Shown piece by piece: positions 9,658 through 17,875 of a stretch of 64,000 nucleotides of DNA; the first letter of the stretch is position 1, and every line of letters begins with the position of its first letter. Origin of the DNA: a virus (taxonomy: Duplodnaviria; Caudoviricetes); the IMG/VR virus record IMGVR_UViG_2930734477_000003, positions 5,708 through 69,707 of that record; one strand, written 5' to 3'. The notes under the pieces are model-generated. The model searched no databases and was not told where the DNA came from. It saw only the letters and a list, made by a program, of their open reading frames with translations. The position numbers were made by a program, and so were the translations under genes.

Positions 9658-10143
9658 TCAGGCCGCCGGGACCGTGACGTCCTCGGCCGGCTCCGACGTG
9701 ATCGTGAACTGCACTTCGATCTTCGCCGGGTCCTCGATGTCCGTCATCTTCGGCGCGGACGCCACCTTCACGGGGAAGACGTCCATGGTCTTGCCGGCCT
9801 CGTCGCCCTCGGGGAACTGGACGATGAAGCCGGTGGTGTCGCGCGGCAGGAGCTGACGCACGTCCTGGGAGTCCTCGGACGCGTACATCGTGATGCTGGA
9901 GTCGTCGGCGGTGATCCGGCCCGGGATCTTCGACGTGAACCGGGTGCCCAGGTCGGGGGTCTCCTGCGACTCCGACGTGGTCTGGAAACCGGAGACGTCG
10001 GCGATCTCGCCGGTCAGGTCGGTGCCCGCGTTCAGCTCGGCACGCGACGGGGCCGCCTTCGTGGCGATCGACGGGACGAAGTAGTACTGGCGTGTGCCCG
10101 GCGGGATGTAGCGGGACGACGCGGAGATCGGCGTGGCGGCCAT
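9658..10143 (-). CDS. Major tail tube protein
   Basis: APSRAELNAGTDLT and TPDLGTRFTSKIPGR motifs typical of actinophage tube proteins. Confidence 0.85.
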   Translation of the reverse strand: MAATPISASSRYIPPGTRQYYFVPSIATKAAPSRAELNAGTDLTGEIADVSGFQTTSESQETPDLGTRFTSKIPGRITADDSSITMYASEDSQDVRQLLPRDTTGFIVQFPEGDEAGKTMDVFPVKVASAPKMTDIEDPAKIEVQFTITSEPAEDVTVPAA

Positions 10144-10146
10144 GGG

Positions 10147-10428
10147 TCAGCTCTCCTCGGCCTCGGTGGATGCCCGGCGCGTGCGCCTGGGCTTGATGGC
10201 GGCCGCCTCGTCGGGGGCCGGGTCTTCGGGCAGGGCGCCCTCCTCGAGGGCGCCCGCGGCTGGCCCCGCCGTGACCCGCGCGGGGGCGGGGGGCAGCTTC
10301 GGCTCCGGGGCGGGCGGCTCGACGGTCTCCCATCCCGCGGCCTGGTGGTGCGGCACCGCCCGCTCCGGCACCTCGACGAGCTGCTCCGGCGGCAGCCCGG
10401 GGTGCCGCATCCACACGGTGGCGGCCAT
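10147..10428 (-). CDS. Small hypothetical virion-module protein
   Basis: MAATVWMRHPGLPPEQ...; start overlaps the upstream stop. Confidence 0.7.
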   Translation of the reverse strand: MAATVWMRHPGLPPEQLVEVPERAVPHHQAAGWETVEPPAPEPKLPPAPARVTAGPAAGALEEGALPEDPAPDEAAAIKPRRTRRASTEAEES

Positions 10429-10763
10429 CAGACGGACACCCGGATCACGCCGACGGTCACGGAGGTGACGCCGTCGTAGGAGATCGCGGCCCGGCCCGTG
10501 GACGGGTCGCGGTAGCGGTCGGTGACCGGGATGAGGAAGGTCTGGCTGGCCGGGACCGTGACCGTGCGGTCGGCGATGGCCAGTCCGTCGACGGTGCCGG
10601 GCGTGGCGAGGGTGACAGTGTGGCTCTCGCTGTCGCCGTTCTTGACGGCGAGGAACACTCCGGCGCCGGTCTGCGCGGTGTCCCCGCCGCCTGCGGCCGA
10701 GACGAGCTTGTCGTCGAAGCGCAGGCCGGCGAGCGGCACCACCTGTGTGGTGAGGGCGGCCAT
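10428..10763 (-). CDS. Hypothetical structural protein
   Basis: 111 aa beta-rich; GGGAG RBS. Confidence 0.75.
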   Translation of the reverse strand: MAALTTQVVPLAGLRFDDKLVSAAGGGDTAQTGAGVFLAVKNGDSESHTVTLATPGTVDGLAIADRTVTVPASQTFLIPVTDRYRDPSTGRAAISYDGVTSVTVGVIRVSV

Positions 10764-10864
10764 TGTCTACTCCCAACTGGGCTGTGAGCTGCGCTCGTTG
10801 CGCACCCGGGCGGCGCCTGGGACGATCCGAGCCGAAGGGGACGAAGAACTCAGAGGGGGGCGTC

Positions 10865-11332
10865 ATGCGGTTGAGCGACGCGAGGGCACGGGTCGAGCGG
10901 GAGCACCCGGAGCTGACCGGCACCGCGAAAGTCGAGGCGATCAAGGCGCTGCGCGAGCAGGCCGCCGCACAGGAAGCGAAGGAGGAGCCGCTGGCGGGGC
11001 TGCCGCGGTGCGGGCGCTGCGAGCGGTTCGTGAAGCCGCGCCGGCCGGGCGCCGCGGCGGGCCTGCTGGCCTTCCTTGCGCTGTGCCAGCTCGCCGCGGT
11101 GGCCGTGGCGGTCGTCGCCGTGGCGGGCGGCCCCCGGCCCGGCAGTGGGGGCATCTTCGTGATGCCGGCCGTCTGGCCCGCCCTGATCGACCCGGCGTGG
11201 CTCGGCCTGGCCGCCGCGGTGGCCGCCCTGCTCGTCACGGCCGGCCTGGCCAATGCGGCCGGCGAGCGGGCCGCGCGGCGGGCCGTGTGCCCGCACTGCG
11301 AAGCGCCGATGCCGGACGTCAGCGGCGGGTGA
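10865..11332 (+). CDS. Opposite-strand membrane protein, CxxC-hydrophobic-CxxC (LITAF-like zinc ribbon)
   Basis: GAGGGGG RBS; CGRC, two hydrophobic stretches, CPHC; fills the gap between tail genes. Confidence 0.75.
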   Translation: MRLSDARARVEREHPELTGTAKVEAIKALREQAAAQEAKEEPLAGLPRCGRCERFVKPRRPGAAAGLLAFLALCQLAAVAVAVVAVAGGPRPGSGGIFVMPAVWPALIDPAWLGLAAAVAALLVTAGLANAAGERAARRAVCPHCEAPMPDVSGG

Positions 11333-11777
11333 ACGCGTCGCAGTCCACGCCGAAGATCACCAGCGCCTGCGTGCCCGAGCTGGTCTGCATGTGCTTGAAG
11401 GTGTGCGTCCCGAGCCGCGCCCGCATCACCGCGCCGCCGAGACGGGGGTCGCGCGCGATGACGGCCCCGGCGGCCGCGTACAGCTCGTAGGCGCGCCGCC
11501 GCGCCGCCCTGGCCTTCCCGGAGCCGATGAGGACGGCGGCCGCGCAGCGGATGGTGAACGTCTCCCGGTCCCGGCCGGTCATGCCCTCCGGGACGGCACT
11601 GGAGTCGATGTCGGAGTCGTTCTCGTCGCCGGTGAACGCCACCGACAGCATCTCCTTCGGGACGGCCTTGGACAGTTCGGGACCGTCCCACACGGTGATG
11701 CCGGTGAACTCCTCAGCCACCGTGAAAGCGTCGACGAGGGCATCGGCCGCGTCCGGAACGGACGCCCCCCACACCAT
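11319..11777 (-). CDS. Tail terminator / completion protein
   Basis: MVWGASVPDA...VIARDPRLGGAV; synteny. Confidence 0.7.
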   Translation of the reverse strand: MVWGASVPDAADALVDAFTVAEEFTGITVWDGPELSKAVPKEMLSVAFTGDENDSDIDSSAVPEGMTGRDRETFTIRCAAAVLIGSGKARAARRRAYELYAAAGAVIARDPRLGGAVMRARLGTHTFKHMQTSSGTQALVIFGVDCDAFTRR

Positions 11778-12580
11778 CAGGCCACCCCCGGCAGGTTCGA
11801 GTCGAGCAGCTCGATCGCCCGGCGCGGGATGGAATAGCCGCGGCCCGGATTCCACGTCTCGCCCTCACCGCCGAGCTGCACGCCCATCGCGCCGCGCTTG
11901 GTCTCCCACAGGTGCTGCACGATGATCAGCGCGGCCTGCTGCTCGCCGTCGGGGATGGCGGACGGGCCGGCCTGGTAGGTGACGTCGACCGTGCGGCTCA
12001 GCGCGGGCCCGGCGAGGGCGGTGACCGTGCCGGCGGCGTCGACGTCGAGGTCGCCGGTGTCCCAGGTCTGCGAGCCGTCCGGCGTGGCAACGGCGGTGAG
12101 GGCGAAGACGGGGAGCGTGCCGAGGAGGAGCCGCCCGTACCGGTCGGGCGTGCACCGCTCGGTGACGGTGCGGCGCGCGACGGCCCGGCCCAGGTGCTTC
12201 TCGATGGCGTCGGTCGCCGACGCGATCCACGCGCGCAGGTCCTCGTCCTGGTCCGTGTCGGACGGGTCGATGCCCAGGTGCCGCTTGGTGCGGGCGAGGG
12301 AGACGATGCCGTCGGGCTCGCCGTCCTGGACGTCGAACGTGTCCGCGTAGGCCGTGACCGGCCCGGTGGTGACGAGCCGCCAGATGTGCCGGCCGGGCTG
12401 GACGGTGACGTAGTCGGCGCGGACCTCGCCCGGCGTGCCGCTCGGCAGGGGAACCGCGGGCGTCGTGGTGGTGCCGTCCGGCAGCGTGATGGTGAGCGCC
12501 GCGGTGTCGGGGTCGGTGAGGACGCCGTCGGCGTCGCGGACGTCGACGGCGATCTGGACGACGGACCCGAGGTCGATCAC
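11777..12580 (-). CDS. Head-tail adaptor with N-terminal Ig-like domain
   Basis: GTG start; IVSLARTKRHLGI...AALIIVQHLWETKRG resembles gp6/gp15-type adaptors. Confidence 0.8.
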   Translation of the reverse strand: MIDLGSVVQIAVDVRDADGVLTDPDTAALTITLPDGTTTTPAVPLPSGTPGEVRADYVTVQPGRHIWRLVTTGPVTAYADTFDVQDGEPDGIVSLARTKRHLGIDPSDTDQDEDLRAWIASATDAIEKHLGRAVARRTVTERCTPDRYGRLLLGTLPVFALTAVATPDGSQTWDTGDLDVDAAGTVTALAGPALSRTVDVTYQAGPSAIPDGEQQAALIIVQHLWETKRGAMGVQLGGEGETWNPGRGYSIPRRAIELLDSNLPGVA

Positions 12581-13506
12581 GTGCCGCCTCCCGTGGTCAG
12601 GCCCGGGCGGGCGGACGGCGTACGGGGCAGGCCGCCCGAGGCGGCGGGACGGCGGGACACTCCGGCACCGGCGCGGCCGCGGGCGACCGGGGACGAGACA
12701 CGGCCCGCCGCGGACAGGGTGGCCGAGGCCGACAGCACGGCCGCCGACCGGGTGACCGCCCGCCCGGCGCAGGCCGCGTTCGCCGCCGCGGCGAGAGCGG
12801 CCGCCCCGTGGACGCCGGCCGCCCCGTGCGCGGAGAGCTGGGCGCTGCCGGTCAGGGAGGCGGCCGCGCGGACGTTGGGGCGTCCGGCGGCCGCCAGGGT
12901 CGCGGACGCGGTGAGCGAGGCCGTACCGTTCACGACCGCCACGGGAGCGACGTTGACCGAGTCGAGCGCGATGGTGTCCGGCGTCCCGGCGTCGCGGTGC
13001 CCCTCGACCAGGAACGCCAGGTCGGTGTCGGCGGCCCAGGCCGGGGTGTCGGCGGTGCGCAGGGTGGTCCAGTCGAGGCCGTCCGGGGAGGCGTCCCACA
13101 GCAGGCTCCCGCTGTCCTCGCGCAGCCGCAGCCACGCGTGGTCGGTGGCCGAATAGGTGAGGAACACGGCGTCGCCGTCGGCGTAACCGGTGCGCGAGTA
13201 CAGGCCGAGCGCCGTCTGCGCGGAGTCCACGATGAACCCCGCGTCGGTGCCGCCGGTGCTGGTGAGGACCAGGACCGACGCGGCCGCCGAGGTGGCGCCG
13301 TCCGGCGCGGGCGCATGGACCCGGGCGGTGATCCCGGACCCGGTGAGCGTGTAGGCGGACGCCGATTTCAGGCCGGCATAGCCGGTCGTGCACGGGATGA
13401 GTGCCTGCCCGCCCGCCTCGGTCGGGTCGCCGTAGCTGCCCGACCACAGGCCGGTGTCGAGGGTGCCGTCCTCGAAGTCGTCGACAAGCTCGTCGAAGGA
13501 GGGCAC
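12577..13506 (-). CDS. Putative virion accessory protein (beta-sandwich plus Ala/Ser/Thr repeats)
   Basis: GTG start with GGAGG RBS; four ~20-aa repeats like GTASLTASATLAAAG. Confidence 0.7.
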   Translation of the reverse strand: MPSFDELVDDFEDGTLDTGLWSGSYGDPTEAGGQALIPCTTGYAGLKSASAYTLTGSGITARVHAPAPDGATSAAASVLVLTSTGGTDAGFIVDSAQTALGLYSRTGYADGDAVFLTYSATDHAWLRLREDSGSLLWDASPDGLDWTTLRTADTPAWAADTDLAFLVEGHRDAGTPDTIALDSVNVAPVAVVNGTASLTASATLAAAGRPNVRAAASLTGSAQLSAHGAAGVHGAAALAAAANAACAGRAVTRSAAVLSASATLSAAGRVSSPVARGRAGAGVSRRPAASGGLPRTPSARPGLTTGGGT

Positions 13507-13549
13507 GCCGAACCTCCCTCGTAGGGCGGGCGGCGCACGAGGGCGCCGG

Positions 13550-13942
13550 TCAGTCCAGCGACAGGTCCAGCGAACCGGCGTCGAGGGTGAAGGTGTCGCC
13601 GGCGTTCGCAATGGTCTTGGGCTCGGCGAGCGGGCCGGTCCACAGCCGGCGGGGGCTGCCGGACGAGTCGTAGATCGCCACGGCGACGACGTCCCCGACC
13701 GGCATGTCCGTGAACACGAGGTCCGCCGTGTTCGACGTGGCGCCGCCGGACGCCGCCGACAGGGTCACGTCCTGCCGGGCGTACCCGCCGCCGGTCACCT
13801 CGGTGCCCGCCGACCCGTCCGACCCGGCCGCACTGAGCAGCGCGACCTTGAGCGGCGACACCGGCCGGTCGGGCGCGGAGACGGCCGGGTTGAGCCAGTC
13901 CAGCACCAGGTTCTCCGCGACGTCGGTGAGATTCCCGGCCAC
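13550..13942 (-). CDS. Putative fiber/decoration protein
   Basis: GTEVTGGGYARQ...AIYDS...AGDTFTL motif common in phage structural genes. Confidence 0.75.
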   Translation of the reverse strand: MAGNLTDVAENLVLDWLNPAVSAPDRPVSPLKVALLSAAGSDGSAGTEVTGGGYARQDVTLSAASGGATSNTADLVFTDMPVGDVVAVAIYDSSGSPRRLWTGPLAEPKTIANAGDTFTLDAGSLDLSLD

Positions 13943-13944
13943 GG

Positions 13945-14256
13945 TCAGGCGTCCTTCGCGGCCGGCTTCGCCGCAGTCTTCTTCGCCGCAGTGCGGGGAC
14001 GGGCCGCGGTCTCCGGCTTCGCCTCGACGACCGTCTCCGGCAGCGCGGCCGCCGCGGTGTTCTCCGGCGCGGCCGGCTCGACCGCCTCCTCCCGCTCCTG
14101 CTCCGTCTCGCCCGCGTTCACGTCGTGCCCGTAGTCGGCGAGCAGCACCCTGGCGACGTGCGCGGCCTGCGCGGTCCGTCCGGCGGCCGCATACGACGCC
14201 CACTCCTCGATCATCGCCTGCCGGACCGCCGCGTCGACGTCACGGATCTCGCTCAT
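13945..14256 (-). CDS. Hypothetical protein
   Basis: MSEIRDVD...; ATGA overlap; Lys/Ala-rich tail. Confidence 0.7.
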   Translation of the reverse strand: MSEIRDVDAAVRQAMIEEWASYAAAGRTAQAAHVARVLLADYGHDVNAGETEQEREEAVEPAAPENTAAAALPETVVEAKPETAARPRTAAKKTAAKPAAKDA

Positions 14257-14948
14257 AGTTCCCTCACCTGCTCGATCTCGGGTAGCCGGGCGTAGTACTG
14301 GTCCTTCAGGGCGCGCCGCATCGCCGACCGCTGCCCCGTACGGTGCTCCAGGCGGACGTCCCACAGCGGCAGCGCCGGCTCGGCCCGGTGCACACTGTCG
14401 TTCCCGACCAGCACCCGCTTCCCGCCGTCCAGGCCCGGCGCCGTGACGACGTAGTGGGCCTGCTCGATCCGGATGCCGGGCAGCGCCCGGAACAGCACCC
14501 GCAGCGGGAACTGCGAGTCCTGGCCGTCGCCGCGCTCCCACAGCATCACCTCGGCGACATCGAGATCCGTCTCACCGAGGATCTTCTTCGTGTCCGGGGG
14601 GACCTGGGTGAACACCTCGTCCGCGTCCACCCGCAGCAGCCAGTCCACGCCCGGCTGCGCCATCGTCATCGCGAGGCGGAACATCCAGTCGCGCTTGGCG
14701 ACCTCGTTGCCCCACCACGGCTCGCGCGGCACATGGACCGTGCACCCGATCCCGGCGCCCGCCGCGGCGCGGGCGATCGTGTCGGCCTGCTCCGACCCGG
14801 ACGCCGGCTTGCGGACAGCACCGGGGAACAGGGCGTACGGGCCGTCGACGGCGACGATGTGGTCGCAGACCTGGGCGAGCCCGGCCACGCACTCCGCCAG
14901 CCACGGGGCGGGCTCCTCGTACCAGGACAGCAGGCCGATCACGCGCAC
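14253..14948 (-). CDS. GT-A fold (family 2-like) glycosyltransferase
   Basis: HIVAVDG and WLLRVDADE (DxD) motifs. Confidence 0.75.
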   Translation of the reverse strand: MRVIGLLSWYEEPAPWLAECVAGLAQVCDHIVAVDGPYALFPGAVRKPASGSEQADTIARAAAGAGIGCTVHVPREPWWGNEVAKRDWMFRLAMTMAQPGVDWLLRVDADEVFTQVPPDTKKILGETDLDVAEVMLWERGDGQDSQFPLRVLFRALPGIRIEQAHYVVTAPGLDGGKRVLVGNDSVHRAEPALPLWDVRLEHRTGQRSAMRRALKDQYYARLPEIEQVREL

Positions 14949-15664
14949 GCCGCACCCCCTGCCAGGCCCCGGGTGGCCGGATGCCGGCCGTAGTCTTCGG
15001 GGAAGTCGATGTCGTCGGTGGCGTCGTCGATCTCCACCCACCACGGCGGCTGCACGAGGTGCTCGCGCAGCGGCGTGCCCTGTAGCAGGCGCAGCATCGT
15101 CCACCCGTGCTTCGTGGGATCCGCACGGCCCGCGTCCTGCTCGCGGCGGACGGCGTAGGTGAGGCGGCCCATCTTCGCGCTGTCGTGGCCCCGCCACGAG
15201 TTCGCGAAGATCTCCCCCCACGGGGAGCCGGTGATCCGGGATGCCTGCGCGCGGCCGTAGAACTTGAAGCAGCTCTCGCCCCAGTGGATCACGTCCGCCT
15301 TGGTGAAGATCGTGTCCAGTGCCTGGTCGGTGAACCACACGTCGCCGAGCAGCAGCACGTTGACGCCTACGTGAGACCACACCGGCCGGGACGACTCGAA
15401 TTCGTTGCGGCAGCCGGGCGCTGCCCGGTGCGTCCGCACCCCGTAGGCGTGCGCCAGCTCCTCGTAAGGGCCTGGGTCGTCCGGCGGCACCGTCAGCCAC
15501 ACGTCGGCACTGAAGGCGGCCAGCCGCCCCAAGGTGAGCTCCAGCAGCGGAACCACCGGACCGTCAGCGTCCAGGGAGCCGCGCACCGGCGCGAAGTGCG
15601 AGCGCACCCCCAGATGCCCGCCCCACTTCGTCTGAGGCCCGGCCGCCGCCACGATCACCCGCAC
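14939..15664 (-). CDS. Sugar/choline-phosphate nucleotidyltransferase-like protein (NTP_transferase fold)
   Basis: IVAAAGPQTKWGG N-terminal signature; LLLGDVWF; DDIDFPEDY. Confidence 0.7.
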   Translation of the reverse strand: MRVIVAAAGPQTKWGGHLGVRSHFAPVRGSLDADGPVVPLLELTLGRLAAFSADVWLTVPPDDPGPYEELAHAYGVRTHRAAPGCRNEFESSRPVWSHVGVNVLLLGDVWFTDQALDTIFTKADVIHWGESCFKFYGRAQASRITGSPWGEIFANSWRGHDSAKMGRLTYAVRREQDAGRADPTKHGWTMLRLLQGTPLREHLVQPPWWVEIDDATDDIDFPEDYGRHPATRGLAGGAACA

Positions 15665-16311
15665 GCCAGCGCCTCCCGCACGAACACGACGTCGTTCACC
15701 CGGTCGTACGACGTGCCCTCGCCCGGGCCGCCCCGCACATACCAGGAGATCTCCTCGTAGCTGCGCTCCCACACCGCCGCCACCGCGAAGCCCTGCCCGG
15801 CCATGAACGCCACCACCTCGTCGTGCGGTGCGGCCATCGTGCGGTCCTCGAGGGTGCACGTCTCGCACACCACCACCTGGAAGCCGGCCAGGCGCTCTCC
15901 GGCGCCCTTCAGCACATCCAGCTCCAGCCCCTGCGCGTCCACCACCAGCATGTCGGCGTCCGGCGCAGCGATCGCCTCGACCGTCGTGACGTCCACCGCC
16001 ACCGTACTCAGGATCCGGTCCCCGGGATGCGGCTCGGCCAGGCTCGACGACGTCCTGATCACGTTCACCGACAGCGTGCCCCGGCCCGGCCGCGCGCCGC
16101 ACGCGGCCTCGACGACCGTGGCCCCGGGGAACGACTCGCGCAGCCGTCCGGCCGCGAACGGGCTCGGCTCCACCAGCGTGAACGCCCCGATCCCGGCCTG
16201 CCGGTAGAACGGAACCTCCTCACCCAGGTGGGCCCCGACGTGCAGCACATGCTGCACGTCGAGCCCGAGCCCGGCCAGGAGAGAGGGCAGCGCCTCGAAC
16301 GGGTTCGTCAT
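15655..16311 (-). CDS. FkbM-family SAM methyltransferase
   Basis: VLHVGAHLGEE and VVDAQGLELDVLKG motifs. Confidence 0.88.
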   Translation of the reverse strand: MTNPFEALPSLLAGLGLDVQHVLHVGAHLGEEVPFYRQAGIGAFTLVEPSPFAAGRLRESFPGATVVEAACGARPGRGTLSVNVIRTSSSLAEPHPGDRILSTVAVDVTTVEAIAAPDADMLVVDAQGLELDVLKGAGERLAGFQVVVCETCTLEDRTMAAPHDEVVAFMAGQGFAVAAVWERSYEEISWYVRGGPGEGTSYDRVNDVVFVREALACG

Positions 16312-16342
16312 GATGCTCCCCTCTCCCCTAACTGACGGCACG

Positions 16343-17737
16343 TCAGAACGATGGGGCGACCAAGCCGGTCCCCGCCACCTCGACGATCGACTTCGGGTAC
16401 CGGGCCGCCGTGAACGCCAGGTAGCCGTACACCTGGAGCCGCACCGTGAGCGTGCCCGAGCCCACGTCCGGCAGGACCCGGGAGCGGATGCCCGACTCGT
16501 ACAGCAGCAGGTCCGACGCGCGGACGATGTGCACCACGTCCTGGTTCGTGCCCGCGCCCAGCGTGGTGGGCATGTTCGGGTCGGTGATGACGGGCAGGCC
16601 GTGCATCTGGCCCACCACCTGCTCCGCGGCGACCGCGCCGAGCGTGGCGATGTTGTTCTGCGGGTTGCCCGCGTCCGGCGTCACCAGGGGACGGCCGTTG
16701 TTGTCCGTCGCCGCGAGCAGGTACGCCCACCGCCGCGGGTGCATGACGATCGCGGTCGGCGGCATGAACCGCAGCGTGTGGACCCGCTGCACCGCGTCCG
16801 CGATCTTCGAGTAGAGCTGGGCGACGGTCGGCGTGGCCGACGTGTAGGTGACCGTCTCGATGCTGCCCGTCGCCCGGACGCCGGTCACCTGGCCGGACAT
16901 GCCGGAGCCGGAGATGACCTGGAGGTCGAGCTTCGTCGCGTAGTCCGCCGTGAGGTCCCGGAAGACGACCTCGTCGAAGGAGACCGGGGACTGGTCGAGG
17001 AGCTGGATCGCCACGTCCTGCTGGCCGGCGATGGTGCGCACCGGGGCGGTGATGAACGTGTCGGTCAGGTCCGTCTCCGACACGGCGCCGTTGTCGGAGG
17101 TCTGGATCGCCGTGGTGGTGCCGGTGGCGACCTTGGGGATGTTGATGGAGTCGGTGCCGCCGGGCAGCGGCTGCGACAGCGCGAGGTTGGCGTACGCGCG
17201 GCCCGCGCGGGCGACCTCGATGAACTGGTTCATCAGCCACAGCGGCGGGACGGCGTAGCCGCCGTTGCCGTCGGTGCGGTTGAGGTCGCGGTACTCCTGC
17301 TCGGAGGCCACGTCCTGGGCGTGCCGCTGGAGACGGTCGCGCGCCTGCCCGTCGGTGTCCATGTTGAGCTGGACCTTCGCCAGGTCCTGGAGGTACGAGC
17401 GGCCGTTGCCGCGCACGTAGGTGCGCGCCTCGTTGACGGTCTCGACGCGGGCCTTGGCCCGCTTCACCGCGGCGGCGCCCTCGGTGACCGAGCGGGAGCG
17501 CTCGGCCTCCTCGGACAGCTCCGAGATGCGCTCGTCGAGCTGGCGCAGCTCGTCGTCCTTCGCCTTGATCTGCGCGGTGAACTCGCGGAACTCCGCGTCC
17601 TCCTCCGGGAGGAGGTCCTCGCGGGCCTCCTCCTCGGCGAGGTCGGTGATGGCCTTGCGCTTGGCGAGGATGTCCTCGCGCTCGCGGGCGGTCTGCTCGC
17701 GTCGTGCGACCAGCCGCCGGAAACGCTCGTCTGACAT
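16343..17737 (-). CDS. HK97-fold major capsid protein with N-terminal coiled-coil (delta-like) domain
   Basis: GGYAVPP, VMHPRRW and GLPVITDPNMP motifs; follows protease. Confidence 0.95.
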   Translation of the reverse strand: MSDERFRRLVARREQTAREREDILAKRKAITDLAEEEAREDLLPEEDAEFREFTAQIKAKDDELRQLDERISELSEEAERSRSVTEGAAAVKRAKARVETVNEARTYVRGNGRSYLQDLAKVQLNMDTDGQARDRLQRHAQDVASEQEYRDLNRTDGNGGYAVPPLWLMNQFIEVARAGRAYANLALSQPLPGGTDSINIPKVATGTTTAIQTSDNGAVSETDLTDTFITAPVRTIAGQQDVAIQLLDQSPVSFDEVVFRDLTADYATKLDLQVISGSGMSGQVTGVRATGSIETVTYTSATPTVAQLYSKIADAVQRVHTLRFMPPTAIVMHPRRWAYLLAATDNNGRPLVTPDAGNPQNNIATLGAVAAEQVVGQMHGLPVITDPNMPTTLGAGTNQDVVHIVRASDLLLYESGIRSRVLPDVGSGTLTVRLQVYGYLAFTAARYPKSIVEVAGTGLVAPSF

Positions 17738-17745
17738 GACGAGTC

Positions 17746-17831
17746 TGCCTTTCTGGCGTTACGGATCATGACGGCGGCCAGTGCCAGGCCGTGATGAGCC
17801 GTCGTGCGCCAGTGCCAGGCGGGCGACAGCG
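17746..17831 (-). promoter_or_regulatory. Structured 5' leader, copy 2, before major capsid gene
   Basis: 85/86 identical to 9074-9159. Confidence 0.8.
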
Positions 17832-17875
17832 GCCGTGGTCCGAGCTGGACCACGGGAAACTCAGGGGTGCCGACG

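Noticed and set aside
16312-16346. Hairpin CTGACG-TGC-CGTCAG over the capsid stop suggesting readthrough or fusion to the methyltransferase
   Set aside because: In-frame TAG follows after four codons, no slippery site is seen, and the methyltransferase has its own RBS
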